From contig CT868029.1 of the NCBI GenBank assembly GCA_000165425.1, positions 1-64,000 on the forward strand: a stretch of 64,000 nucleotides of DNA, given 5' to 3'. Shown here in pieces: positions 13,617-26,613 of the stretch. The stretch comes from Paramecium tetraurelia. Taxonomy: Eukaryota. Made by a program: the position numbers and the translations under genes. The stretch's first letter is position 1. Every line of letters begins with the position of its first letter. The notes below the pieces were generated by a model. The model ran no database searches. It saw nothing but the letters and a program-made list of their open reading frames with translations, and had not been told where the DNA came from.

Positions 13617-15039
13617 ATGAATAAAATATTGAATACTATTGATAAAATAGATATTTTTGGAGTTCCTATTAATCTGCTAACTAATGAAAAGACTTCAGTT
13701 TTTCAGAGTAAAGTTGGAGGGATAATTACTCTAATTGCCGGAAGCGTAAGTCTTTCATATTTTTTATATGTTTTTGTATACTGGATAAGTAATTTAATTC
13801 CTCCTAATGTAAGTTTTAAGTAAGAAACAATAGGATATGCTTAATTTCATATACAATCTGCAATGATTGATTTGATGCTACAAGATTTTTCAGGTGATGT
13901 GGATCCATTTAGAAAATAAAATAATATTATAACTCCTCATTTGTATGCAGTTATTGATACGGCAATTATAGATAAACCAATCCCTTTATTTAGTAGTTAA
14001 GAGAAGCCTTTTACAATATCTTTTGAGAATATCACTTTAGTTTTAAATCATGAAATTATTCCAGATCAGGATCATTAGGAGATGAAACAATATTTAATTG
14101 TGCTTGAAAGTTGCTCTAATGAAACTTTGTAAGAAATGCTTATTGTGCTGATTAGAAAACAATTGATGAGTATCTATAAAAGTTTCATGGTTCTTGTTTT
14201 TAAGCATTAAATTAAATCAACTTAATCATTCAACAAGGGAATTAGAAGAATTCAATAAGCAATACTACTACGCTTTTGATATATTTAATCCACAATATTC
14301 ATAAGTTATGTTGAAATAGCAAGAGACAGTCATTGATGATGGTTTGTTATTTAATAATTATAAAAGCTACTAATTCTTAAATAATTATGAACTCATCAAT
14401 TAGTAAGTTGATTCATTTTTTTCATCTAATGTTGTATCATCAATGTCCAAATAACCTTATCACTTCACAAATTTTGGGTGCTATCTATTTAGATTAGATA
14501 GTATTTAAGTTAAAGAACTGGTTACTATGCCAAAACTAGGTCAATTTCTTGCTTAGGTTGGTTCAATTGTTTAATTAATATTTATGCTAAAATATATAGC
14601 TTTATATTATAACAATAAGCTTCTCGAGAATTAATTACTTCATGAAATCATTACAATGTATTATCCTGAATTAAAAAACGTAAAACTTACTATATTTAAT
14701 AAATTGGAAATCAAAGAGAGTATTGAAAATAAACTCAAATGCTCGATTGGGGATTTTAGGCTTAAATATAACTTTTTATTAGAAAGGGCAAAGGAGAAAT
14801 GTCGGTTTAATAATATACTGTATGAGATTTCGAGGATTTAATTTATCATTTAGTAGCGGTTTGGAGATTCAGTCTTATAATAGAGTCATTCGTTGGGAGG
14901 AAAACTGTAAAACAATTATAATGAATTTTAAAATTGCAAAGAAACAAACAGATTAGCAATAAAACCAGAAAATTCTATTGATTTAGAGAATAACTATAAT
15001 GTATTAGATCCATTGGAAATATTATCAAAATAACCCTGA
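13617..15039 (+). pseudogene. Ciliate-family 2-TM protein with large loop; two apparent frameshifts (~14135, ~14190)
   Basis: IDIFGVPI..FQSKVGGIITL TM1; QETVIDDGLLF; KLGQFLAQVGSIVQLIFMLKYIALYYN TM2. Start frame hits TGA ~14277 and the downstream frame is shifted. Confidence 0.75.
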
Positions 15040-16079
15040 ATTGTTTTATTTTTATATTCTAAAATAGAATGGATTTATTTACATTTCACAAATCAGATTT
15101 ATTTATTTTTAGAATTTCTCTCTTTATATCCATTCCCATAAAAATAATTCAAAACTTTGGAGTATACAAATAATTATGAATTTCTATTAAAAGTCCTTCT
15201 TATTATTAATACTTTCATTGCTTAACAAGTAAATTAACTTAGTTTGTTTATTCAAATAAATATATTAACTTTCTAAAATTAAGTAAATTATTGATATTAA
15301 TTTTGATTGGTTGAGATTGACTCCTCACAGCATCATCTTATTATTTATTGAGTTATATAAAGTATTAGGAGGGTTAATTTTTAAACATGCCTTTTCTTGA
15401 AAATGCATAATTGCACAAATAATTTGCGCTTTGATTTTCTTTCTAGTGAGATTAAATAAGCAAAACTATTCTTCATCCTTATATGGATATCTAATATAGT
15501 TTATTTATCATTAGAAATATAATTCAATAACTTTTGCTTCTCTTAAATTTGCCTTACAATATTCATTATATTCCCAAAAAAATTGTCAAAAATCTGAGTT
15601 TTATGTCCACAAAGTGTATTAGTATTAAAGATATACTTGAATAGCTGAAATAATAATTTCTAGATTTATATCTAGATAACCCAAATTGAATCAAAGAATA
15701 TTAGATTTATCGAGTTATATCATCAATATCAATATGTGTATGTAAAATTTGGACTAATCGGACTTTCTTCATGCTATGCCAAATCTAACCAAATAATTTT
15801 GACAAACTAATTTCATTTCGTTTTATGGTCAACTAATGAATAAGTTAATCAATCAGCCAAAATATTTAATTGCAAAGTAAGACCATCTTAAATTTGTATT
15901 GATGGATAGAGTATTAAAAATGTGCCAATCCTTTCTGGTTTTAGATTTTATGATTCTACTTTGATGCTAACAATATTTGGCTATCTCAATCATTGTACAA
16001 CTAAGCAGAGGACATCTTTTTTAAGTGGAGAACAATTTATCAATTTAGTATATAAGTTCCATTCAATTATTAAATTATT

Positions 16080-19000
16080 ATGGCTGATAAAAAGTAATAA
16101 GCGTAAGCAAAACCTGGAGTGAAATTCCAGGATCAACCAGCAGGTGTTTAGTAGGTGGAAAACAAACCATAAGTAATTTACAAGAATGCAACTGAATAAA
16201 GAGATCAAGCATTAAAGTAATTTAATAAAGTAACAGTTTTCATTGAATTCAGGTATAAACATTATTTAAAACATACACTGCGTCAGATCCTTAATGTGTA
16301 CGAAAGGACACAGCATAATCTTTGAAAACCTTACTGGCATCATTAAGAGATTGTATGCAAGTGTTGAATATAGGGACATTTGAGGATAAGAATTCAAATT
16401 ATTATCTAATATATAATGGAACAGTTTATATATTTGACATTTGCAGAGTCCTGAGAAAAGTAAATATGTTCATAAATACTAAAATAGTCAATATACTAAT
16501 ATATCGCAATTGATTTTTTGGCATTTTGTATCACCTCGATGGAGGGATGTTTGGTGTTGACATCCATAAAGTATTTGGATTGGAGGATCAAACTTTATGT
16601 TGAATTGGCACACATCTACCATTCCTTGCAGTCGAAGGCTTGTGCCTATAGAACAATAGATTTGGGGTTACAAAAGGTTTAAGAATTGAGAGAGTTGGAA
16701 GAAATGGATCCACCACTGCAGGATTACATGGATAAGATATTAAAATAGAATACAAGATTGCTCAAGATATTAGAGTTAAAATTTAAATTGCAAGCAGGAG
16801 TGTTCACCATCGATTAATGGAAAAAGAAGATTGAGGAGTTCTAATAGGACAAGGAGGCTAGATGTTTGGCAATTATTGAATCTTTGCGATTTTCACCTCC
16901 GAATTTATCAAACACAGTTAAGTAAACACATGTGGGCAATTAACTGAAGGAGTAATTAGTTTAAGTAAGTTTTGACATGCTAAAAAATGATATGGAAAGG
17001 ATAGCGATAGCATTGGAATAGCAGATGGATAAAATTACAAAGACAGTTGATTTTAAATCAAAAAACATTTTGGATGAATTAGAGCGAAATGATATGACCA
17101 AAAAGAGAAGAGAATTCGAAGCTTCATTAATCAAAGAGAAAGAATGGAGGGCTTTGGCTGATGGGTTGCCATTAGAATATTAGATTGAATTGGCACATCA
17201 TGCCTATGATGTTGGAAACACAAAAGTCTTTGAAGATATCAGCAATTCAGCTTATGTCAGATGTAAATATAGAAGAATTGAAGTTCCATATATCTAAGAT
17301 GTTAACATATTGATTAGTACTAATCCTTATCCAAATATTCCTAATGGTTATGATAAGATTTAAATCGATATTAATGAAGCTAATCTTAGAACCGAATTGA
17401 AACGACTTAGAAATAAGAATAAAGGTGATTAGCAATAGTAATAGCAGCAGACCCAAAAGAAGGATGAGAAAAAGGATAATAAAAAGCAACCATAATAGCA
17501 AGAATAAGAAAAACAATAGACAGATTAAGTGGGATTGGGAGTTCAGGCCACAGATTCGGAATTAGCATAGATAAACCATAATTATATCTATTTGGTATAT
17601 AAGAAATCTATGACTCCTGACAATGCAATTTATGAGATTGATGTTGTTATGGCAGATGAAGAATAAGGACCTGTTGAGAAGATGAATTAAGGATATCGGG
17701 CAATTGCCATACCTATTAAATAATATACAGGGGTCAGAGAAAAGTACAAAACTGTTCCTTATTTATTATTAAAACACACTATGAATGAGTTAAACGATGA
17801 AAATGAAAAAATGTCATTATTGGTTGGAATTAAACCATTATTTGGTAAGAACCCTCTCATTAGACCAGATTTTGGATATCAGAAAATAAATTTAGATCTC
17901 AGACAAACTCCAAAAGAGTTTATTCGAAGTCCTGGTATGGATTACATCTATATTACATACAAAACAGATAAGTACTATTTTGTAAAGGAAAGAGAGTTAT
18001 AAATATTGATTCATTTCATTAAATTAGAAAAGTCATATCAAAAGGAGGTCTCGTCTAGTATAGAGGATGACAGTAGACTAGAATTGGAAATATGTTATGA
18101 TTTATAATCCCTTAAGGATTTGATGGACATGATAAGCAGCTGTCTGGTTGGACCTTTGGGAATCCATTTCTTAAAAGAAAAAAGAGATTTTCTATCTTAA
18201 TTAGTGTTCTTACTTTGGAGAAAATACTATTTACCACCTCTCTATTAGATGCAATTCATCTAAGAGTTATTAATTACTTAAGAGTTGAGTAGGTAGGATT
18301 ATAGCCGTTATGAAAAGGTGATTCAATAGGCAAGAGAGATCTTTAAGAATGGATTGTTAGTGTTGAATGAGATTCTATTTAAGATCCCTTATGTGGATAT
18401 CATATTGTTATGCAAGGTGAATTTGTCACTTGCTAAATTTTTAGAGGAGGAGAAAGAAGCATCAGTTGCTGAGGAGAACTTGAAAATATGCATTGATAGG
18501 ATAATTCAACATAGGAATTCATTAACAGTGAGAGGAGTTGATTCTTAGAAAGATTTATTCTTACCATTTGCAGCCACATGTTCAAATTATAAAATAGAAG
18601 AAATGATGAATAGAATGAGGGAAGCGTGGATTAATCAGAAGAACTAAATAAATAGAGAAATTAGAATAAAAAATAGATCAAATAACAAGAAATAATAGTT
18701 AGAAGATGATGAATTGAATGAGGAGGAATATGAATTACTCGAAGCATATCAATCTTTATTGGGTGATGATAACAAAGATACAAGCACATTCTAAATCTAA
18801 TAAAAGATTAACGAAACAGATTTAATCATAAATGCGTTACATGCAGATCTAACTGTTGCATTGTATAGATGCCAATTAAAAGCAGGATTAGATCTCTAGA
18901 AGAATTCAATTAAGAAGAACTCATTAGAAGAAGAAGTAGAAGGAGTCTCATTAGCTATTCAAAAAAAAATGTCAATAATGCAAGGAGAAACAGCCCAAAC

Positions 19001-22000
19001 AATTAAGAAGAATGTTAATCAATTATAGAGTACACTTTAAAAAGAGGGCAAATTGAAACCGCCAAAACCTGTGATCCATTAATTCGAAACTGAGATAATG
19101 AATCAAGCTAATAAAAATCCTTATGCCAACTGTTTATTGTACATGCTTCTTGCTAGTGTGAAATAGAAATAAACAGAATAACGATCCTTTTTAGTAGATT
19201 CTCTGAAATTCTTGCAATAAGCAGAGAAAGAGGAGCAATTACACATAGAAAATGGAATCAATGATGCAATATTTGTAATGTCCACTTTATGTGATAACAT
19301 TGATACTCAAAGCACATCCAATAATGTATTCCCATATTCTATGTTGTACAATCCATTATACATTAAATCTACACAGGTACCTCGTAAACCAATTTTAATT
19401 AGTAGGAATTCTGAATCTGTAACTTTTAAATTGCCGCCTTTTAAACCAAAATTATTGGATATGATAGCCATTGATTAAGCGAAAAAGACCATAACAAGTA
19501 TGGCAATATTTGGAAAAATAAGTGCAAATGGAGTCAATGTGTCCCTCACTTGTAATGATCTTAATAACACTGGAATTAGGTAGAAGATAGGAGCAATAGT
19601 TACGATGAATGGATTAAAAAGAAACGAGAAATATTGTTTTGCTGTAGCAGCTTATGATGGTACAGAAGGTGTATCAAATGGAATAGGGGAAACTGGAGAT
19701 GACATCACTACATTGCATCCATTACCATTACCCTTGTTAGCATCTTATTTATGCAAAGTAGCTTATCAATTATCTAATTTTGACATTTGCGAAGAGGCAG
19801 CTGATTTTTGTATTACCTAGTTCACAGAAGATAGTGAATTTATAGATCGTCAATTACACAATGAACTTAATCCAATTCACATCAAAAGATTACTCTAATA
19901 GAGAATTAAATCAGTAAGTTTGATGGAAATACAAAATTTGACAGAAACCTTATTAATCAAAGCAAAATGCTTGTAAAAGAAAATTGCAAATACTGGAACC
20001 TAGGCTTAGAAACATTTAGTATTGTTACGAATTTGCAACTATCTATTGCTTTCATTAGAGACTTCTTTAAGTTGCAGACACTTCCTTATTGCCAAAAGAA
20101 TTGCGGCGGAATTGTACAATATGCTAGAGTCATTCTAGTAAGAAAAACCATTATAAGTATTCCATCTGTTGCTTAAAGCATAAATTATTATAGTTGAAAT
20201 ACCTAAACAATATTGGGATGCCAACCTACGGATTCTATCGGCTAAATTTACATATGAAATATTAAAAGTATGTATGAAACTAAATGAAATCGCTTTAGGA
20301 AGAAGAGTCATAACTGCTGAATTGCAATCATTTAATCGAAAGTGGTATTAAGTACCGAAAATCATTATGATTGAATAAGTGGAAGACACAAAGAAAGATA
20401 CCAAAAAGGATGTCAAAAAGGGAGGTAAACCGCAATAAGTAGATGAACCTGTATAACCACCTAAATAAGTACCTAAATTGATTAGAGAACTGTATGAAGT
20501 GAACTCTACTGTTTAAGACTTTTTAGAAGAAACTCTTCTAGCTATGAATGATGAATTTGGAGATTATGTTCCTTCCTTCGTAGAAAAGTGGAAAGAACAA
20601 ATTGATTAATTGATACCCTACATGGAGAATCCCTCAGATCAAATAGATAAAATATTTAGTGAATTGTCAATTAGATTAGAATATTGGGAATGCATTAAAG
20701 ACTTATCTACTGCAGCAACTTAAAGACTGCCAAAATAGCATCCAATTTATCTAGAAATGCTATGTAAATTGATTAGGAGAATGATTTAAAGTAACATAGA
20801 CTATAAAATTATTCAACCCCTTGCTGTTTTTAATGATCAATATTAACCTAGTGTTATTATATCCAATGATATTACTTCAATTTAATAAAAATGTATTCAA
20901 TTGGATATCGAATTTTATCCTGCTCTATTGCCAGAATTGATTGAGGACAAGAAAACCAATAAAGTAGGGAACGATGAAGCTATTCAACTGTTTGAGGAGT
21001 ACAATACAAAAAAAGCTTAATTATACGAGCAATTAAAAAATGAGGGTTAAACTATAAACAGATTTGGAATCATGTCAAAGGCAAAAAGATTCGAATACGT
21101 TCAATTGTGGAGAAGCGAGTTGAGCTTTTTGAAAGCCATCTTATCCTACAAAAGCAATAGAATCAGACTAGTTGATGTGGATTGTTTTGTGTCTGTCTTT
21201 AATTTAGATATCGAACACTTGAAAGAGCAAATCAATGAACATGAATCCTAAAAGTAGATTAAATAATAATAATAAGCACTTTAGCAATAAAAAGAATAAC
21301 AATTATAATAGCTTTAATAATAAGCACAATAAAAATAACCACCTGCGAAATAACCTCCAGGAAAATAATAAGTGTAATAGCCAGTTGTTGAATTAAGCGA
21401 GGAGGAAGAACTGATTTAATTATCGACTCAAATAATTAAAAATGTTGCAGATGCATGTGGGTTTGCTGTTTGGAGTAAACAATATATTGTTATGTTAAAC
21501 CATGTTAAATTCTTGTATAATTTCTTATTAAAAGAACAAATAACTCCATTCATTCACCAGGGACAATGTTGGTAAGACTTGTGTTTCATTGGAAATTGTA
21601 TAAATATGCTCATAAGAGAAGTCAAGGATCATGGTTGGTTCTAAGTTAAGGAACAGGCAGAAAATGAATTGGCATTGCAACCTCATCTGCCATAATAAGA
21701 TTATGTATTTGAGCCACCTTTGCCTAATACTGAACCAATTAGACCTTCCTTGCTTACCTAGTTGTCTAAGGACTGCTGGTTCAGTAAGTACAAAGAGATG
21801 GACTTATTGGCCAATATTATGGCATATATAGTTTAATCTTTGATGGTGGAGTAGAAGTGGAATAGTTTGATTGGAATATCAAGATAGTTTTGTAATTTGA
21901 CTACTCATTACTATTCTTAATATATTTTACCATTTACAATTCATGCATAGACCATTCTATTCAAAGAATCCCAGAATAAAACATAACTAAAACAGGAGGA

Positions 22001-25000
22001 GCTTAATGCAAGGACATAAGCATTTTAAGTTTGGGAATAAACAAAGAAAAAGAAAACTAGATCATCATTATTAACACAAGAAATACCCTAGGAAGAATAG
22101 GATTATCGTGCAGATAAAGAAATGCTGTTGCAATAAATTCATTTGCTATAGCATAAACAAGACTTCATTGAGAATTAATTAAAAGTAAGTGAGAAACTAA
22201 TCTAAGAAATAAATAGAGATGCCAATTAGGCATTAGAAAACTTGAAACAGGCACGTAAACTCTATGAAAAATTTGCCATCGATGACGAATTGTTGAGTAA
22301 AGAAAGTATACAATTAGAATTCAATTCTGAATTATTTTTATTAAAATAGACCACAATAGATAAGAAGCAATTGTAATTGATGGATTAAACTTTGAAATAA
22401 AAGAAGAAGAATCATAAATAGTTTGGTATGTAAGTAATATCCAAATACAAACTAACTTGTGAGTTATTGCATAAGAGACAAGAGAAATTTGCATAGGCTT
22501 TGGCTTTGAAAGAATTGGGATCTTTGAATTTTGCAATGTAGAATTATGCATAGGCAGAGGAATCTTGGAGTGAGAGTTTGGATACGATATTTCAAAGAAT
22601 TTTTGTTCTGAAAAGTAGTGCATTCAGATAGATAATATAGGAGTGCAACAAAAATAATTAGTTGCTTGCTTAAACTTATGGCATTTAATAATGTTTAATT
22701 GGAGTTACATTGTGCTCTATATTAGCTTATAATTGTTATTATGCTAATTGTCATCAACAGAGAGAAAGTGCAATTCTAGCATCTGAATTAGTGTCTTCAG
22801 TGTTAAAATTATAAATGATTAATGGATTGGATTGGCAAGCATTTATTCATTCAAAGGAAGTTGCTATTGGTAATATCTTTAATGATAGATATGTTTTGGA
22901 TCCAGCTGAATTGGCTTTGTCTTGTGAAAGATGTGCTTGGTTATTATTGGATAGAGATGAGGCTCTAAGGGCTGTTCCTCTAATTAATTTACTTGGTGAA
23001 TTGAGCAATCGTTTATAAAGTAATTTCTATTCAGTGCGTGCTAAGCTCTTAAGATCTATTGCCTTGTCATCTATTGGATATATCAACTAAGCATATTAAT
23101 CTTTATTATAAATTGCAAACGAGAAGGATCTACCAGATTAATCAAGTTCACTTTGGCAATCCAGAATTTCTGGTAAGTGGTGGTATTCAAATTTAGAATG
23201 GAATAATTCAATCCCTCCCTATGATGAGAAACACACATAGCTTACAGAAAAGATACTTAAAGAATTGGAGTTAACCAGAGAATTCGGTTTAAAATACGGA
23301 TTGTAAAATGAGAATATATTCAATTATGCTGTTGCTGTTTTAGTCTATAATATCCATTCTGGAGATATAATTGAGAAATGGGAAATTAACGACTTAAGGT
23401 GTAAATTCTTGATAAAAGTTGAGTCTATATTAAGAAACACTTTGAATAAGTTGAATTAGGAAGAATAAATAGAATAAAGAATATTGACCAAACCAAAAGA
23501 GGAAATCTTAGCTGATCCAAAAATGGAAGACTATTTTCACTTATAAGGAACATCCAAATAAGTTGGTGTAACTAACAATTAGGAAGGATTGACATATTTA
23601 TAAAAGAGAGAAGAGAGAATGTACATGATGGCAAGGTCTAGAAATTTGATGGCAAAAGTCAATGTTAGCATGGGTTAAATTACAAGAGCATTGTATATTT
23701 TCAAGTATGCAATTGAAAATTTGTATACTTACACACTTGAGTTGTCAGCCAACGAGAATGGTGAGGAAGTGGAAAATTTGCCATGGGATTAATTGAAACC
23801 TCAAGGAGTAGTAGAGGATAAGAAAGGAGCTAAGAAGGCACCAGAGAAGAAAGGAAAGGAAGGCAAAGAATCCAAGGATAAACCCGTTGCAGATGAAGTG
23901 CCTGCTGTGAAAACGGATGCATAACTAAAATTAGAAGAAACAATCTTACAAATTGTTGAAGCCAGAAAAACTAGACATTCATTAAATATCTTTTATTGGA
24001 TTAAGTTAAGAACTGAATTGACACTGCTATTATATAGACACAATAGGCATGAGGAAGCTCTAGAGTACATGGAAGCTTTGATGAATGATTGCAAATAGTT
24101 TAATGACAATTACCATCAAAGATTGATCATTGAATATCAAGCGAGAATTCAATTTAAGAAGGGAAAACAAACAGAATCCATAAAGAAATTCAAAGAGGCT
24201 ATAGAAATTGGCCAAAAGAATTTCCATTAGGATCCTCAAATGATTGTACTATATGGTGATCTTGGAGAAATCTATCATGAAAAAAATGAGTTTCAAGAAG
24301 CCAAACAACAATTTTATGATGCTTATTAAATGGCTGAGTAATTAATGTAGATGATCAACTATGGATATGGAGTAGTGCCTAATTGGAATCATAAATGTGG
24401 GCAGGAGAAGATTTAAATTTGCTAAGATTTGTGTGTCCCATTGGAAATAGAATAGGAAATACTAAAAAAGACTGATAAATAAATCAAGACAACTAAGAAA
24501 GATGAGAAGAAGAAGGATGATGGAAAAGTAGCTAGAAAGGGAGCTGATAAGTAAACGAAAAAGGATAATATTGATAAACCACAAATGCCCATTAAGGGAT
24601 TAAATTAATTACCTAATTTTAACTTTATTTAACCTACTAAACTCACCTACACTACTGTGGATATCGATACAATCAATAATACATAATATCAATATAATTG
24701 TTATTTAAAGAACATTGAATTATGGTAGAGAGCATCATTAAGATATGTTGACATAATGATTACTTTGAATTAAGCCAATGAAAATTCTAGTGTTTCTATA
24801 GATTCATAGGAATCATCAGTGGCTTCAGATTCAGAAAGTGAGAAATCTTCAGTTAAAGATACCTTTGATATCAATGTAATTAGTGAAATAGTTAATAAAA
24901 TTGATACTTCAATTAGTAAAAGTATCAATGTACCTATTAGTTTCAGATTAGAATTGCATTATTTATAAAGTAAGATTTATAAAATAAGATTTGTTTAATT

Positions 25001-26502
25001 ATTATTAAACTTACAACAAAAGTACTTTATGAAGTATTTGTCTGGTAAAAATAAAAAATACGCTGATTTCTATGAGAAAAGGCCTCATCGAGATCTTGTA
25101 AGGAATAAATACTTTCTACTTGTGCCTCCCTTTTGCTAATTGCTCAAAGAATAGGGTTTGCAATATCTGATGCAAGCCAAAGAAAGTTTATTGAAAGCCA
25201 TCAGTGTAATAAGAGGAGAGGCAGTTTTATTTGAATTCAATAGAAAACCAGAAGAAATCTTGGTTGCTATGGCTGAGATTTGTTTATTTATAAGAGAATA
25301 TCGAGTCAGGCAAGGGTATAGATATGTGAAGGTGGATTATTTACAATCCTTAATCAATTCTAAGAGTAATAATTATTATTAATATTTTAGACACTGAACA
25401 AAACAAAATAGATTTAGAATAATAATTGGTTAGTATGGAAAGATCAGATAGATTGGAATAACTCAATTTAGAATTAGAAGCACAAAGTTATCTCAAATAT
25501 GCCATTGAATTAGTTAAAGCAAGACAAGAACTCTTAGAAAATTTTGCAACAGTTGCACTTACTCCATTGCCTGATGTGAATAAATTGGCACTGGAAATTT
25601 ATGCTGAGATAATCGAATAGGACTATTAATATAAGAAAAAATACAATCCAATCTTATTTGAAGAATCCAAAAAAAAAGTTGGTGTATCATCAATGGATGT
25701 TTTATAATTCATTTAAAAAGTATGGAGAGAAGCTAAAGTAATGACCTTTAGTGGAGCATATTTACAAAGAATGATTTCTAAAACTCATCGTTTCTTAAAG
25801 TTGCATATGCAATCTTACCAAAAATGTTTGATAACTTCGTTAGAAGTGGCTCCTAAAAATGATGTGAATGCAGTATTCATAGATGAAGGCACTATTGTTA
25901 CTAAATTATTGTATAATCCAGTTGCACATGAATTTAAAGTCCTTTATGTCTTAGGTGGACTCAATAAGGATAAAATTATTACTTCATTATAGAAAGATGA
26001 TAAAGATAAATTAATCATTTCTGAAGAGAAGAATGTCTTATATGGTAATATCTATATTACTGATGCAAATATTTCGATGCTTTTGTAGGATGCTCTCAAT
26101 TTGCAATCTAAAATGAAGGAATCAGATTAACAATCATAAAAAATGAAGGAAAGAGATTACAAACATCATAAAAAAGCATTTTATAAACTAATTGAATAAA
26201 TAGGATTCTATTTCTTCTAAAAGCCAAGTATTATAATTATCTATATTTTAGGTACAATCTAAATGTAAAATGGCTAAGCACCTGAATCCGTTAAAAAGTC
26301 TGTGGCATTCAAAAAATCAGAATCCTTCATGTAAGAATAAAATGAACCAGATATTCTTTCCAAGTATGAAGCTATCGTCCCAGAATTAACTCATGACAAC
26401 ATTGCTATATTGATCAACTTATTCAATGATTAAGGAGTATTGTCCATTAATCATAACTATTTAGCAATATTAAGATATTTCCATCATTAAAAATATAAGT
26501 GA
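16080..26502 (+). CDS. CFAP54: Cilia- and flagella-associated protein 54 (central-pair C1d projection), ~3400 aa
   Basis: YYLIYNGTVYIFDICRVLRK..AFCITSMEGCLVLTSIKYLDWRIKLY; FN3-like PRKPILISRNSESVTFK..GLKRNEKYCFAVAAYD..IGETG; introns 16230-16252, 16460-16487, ~25367-25390, ~26228-26250. Identified from recalled CFAP54 motifs; not every codon was checked. Confidence 0.85.
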
Positions 26503-26613
26503 GATTATTAATATATATTTTAATTTAATATTAATAATATAGAATAATTAAATGATAGAATTTGGTTAAAAACAAATAAATATGTATATCTTTCTGTTCA
26601 AATAAATTGAATT

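Noticed and set aside
15040..16079. Possible additional 5' exons of CFAP54
   Set aside because: No spliceable open frame found linking this region to ATG 16080
17247..17516. Hydrophobic minus-strand ORF
   Set aside because: Antisense shadow of a K/Q-rich CFAP54 segment
21250..21400. TAA/TAG-rich stretch resembling a stop cluster
   Set aside because: It encodes poly-Gln inside CFAP54
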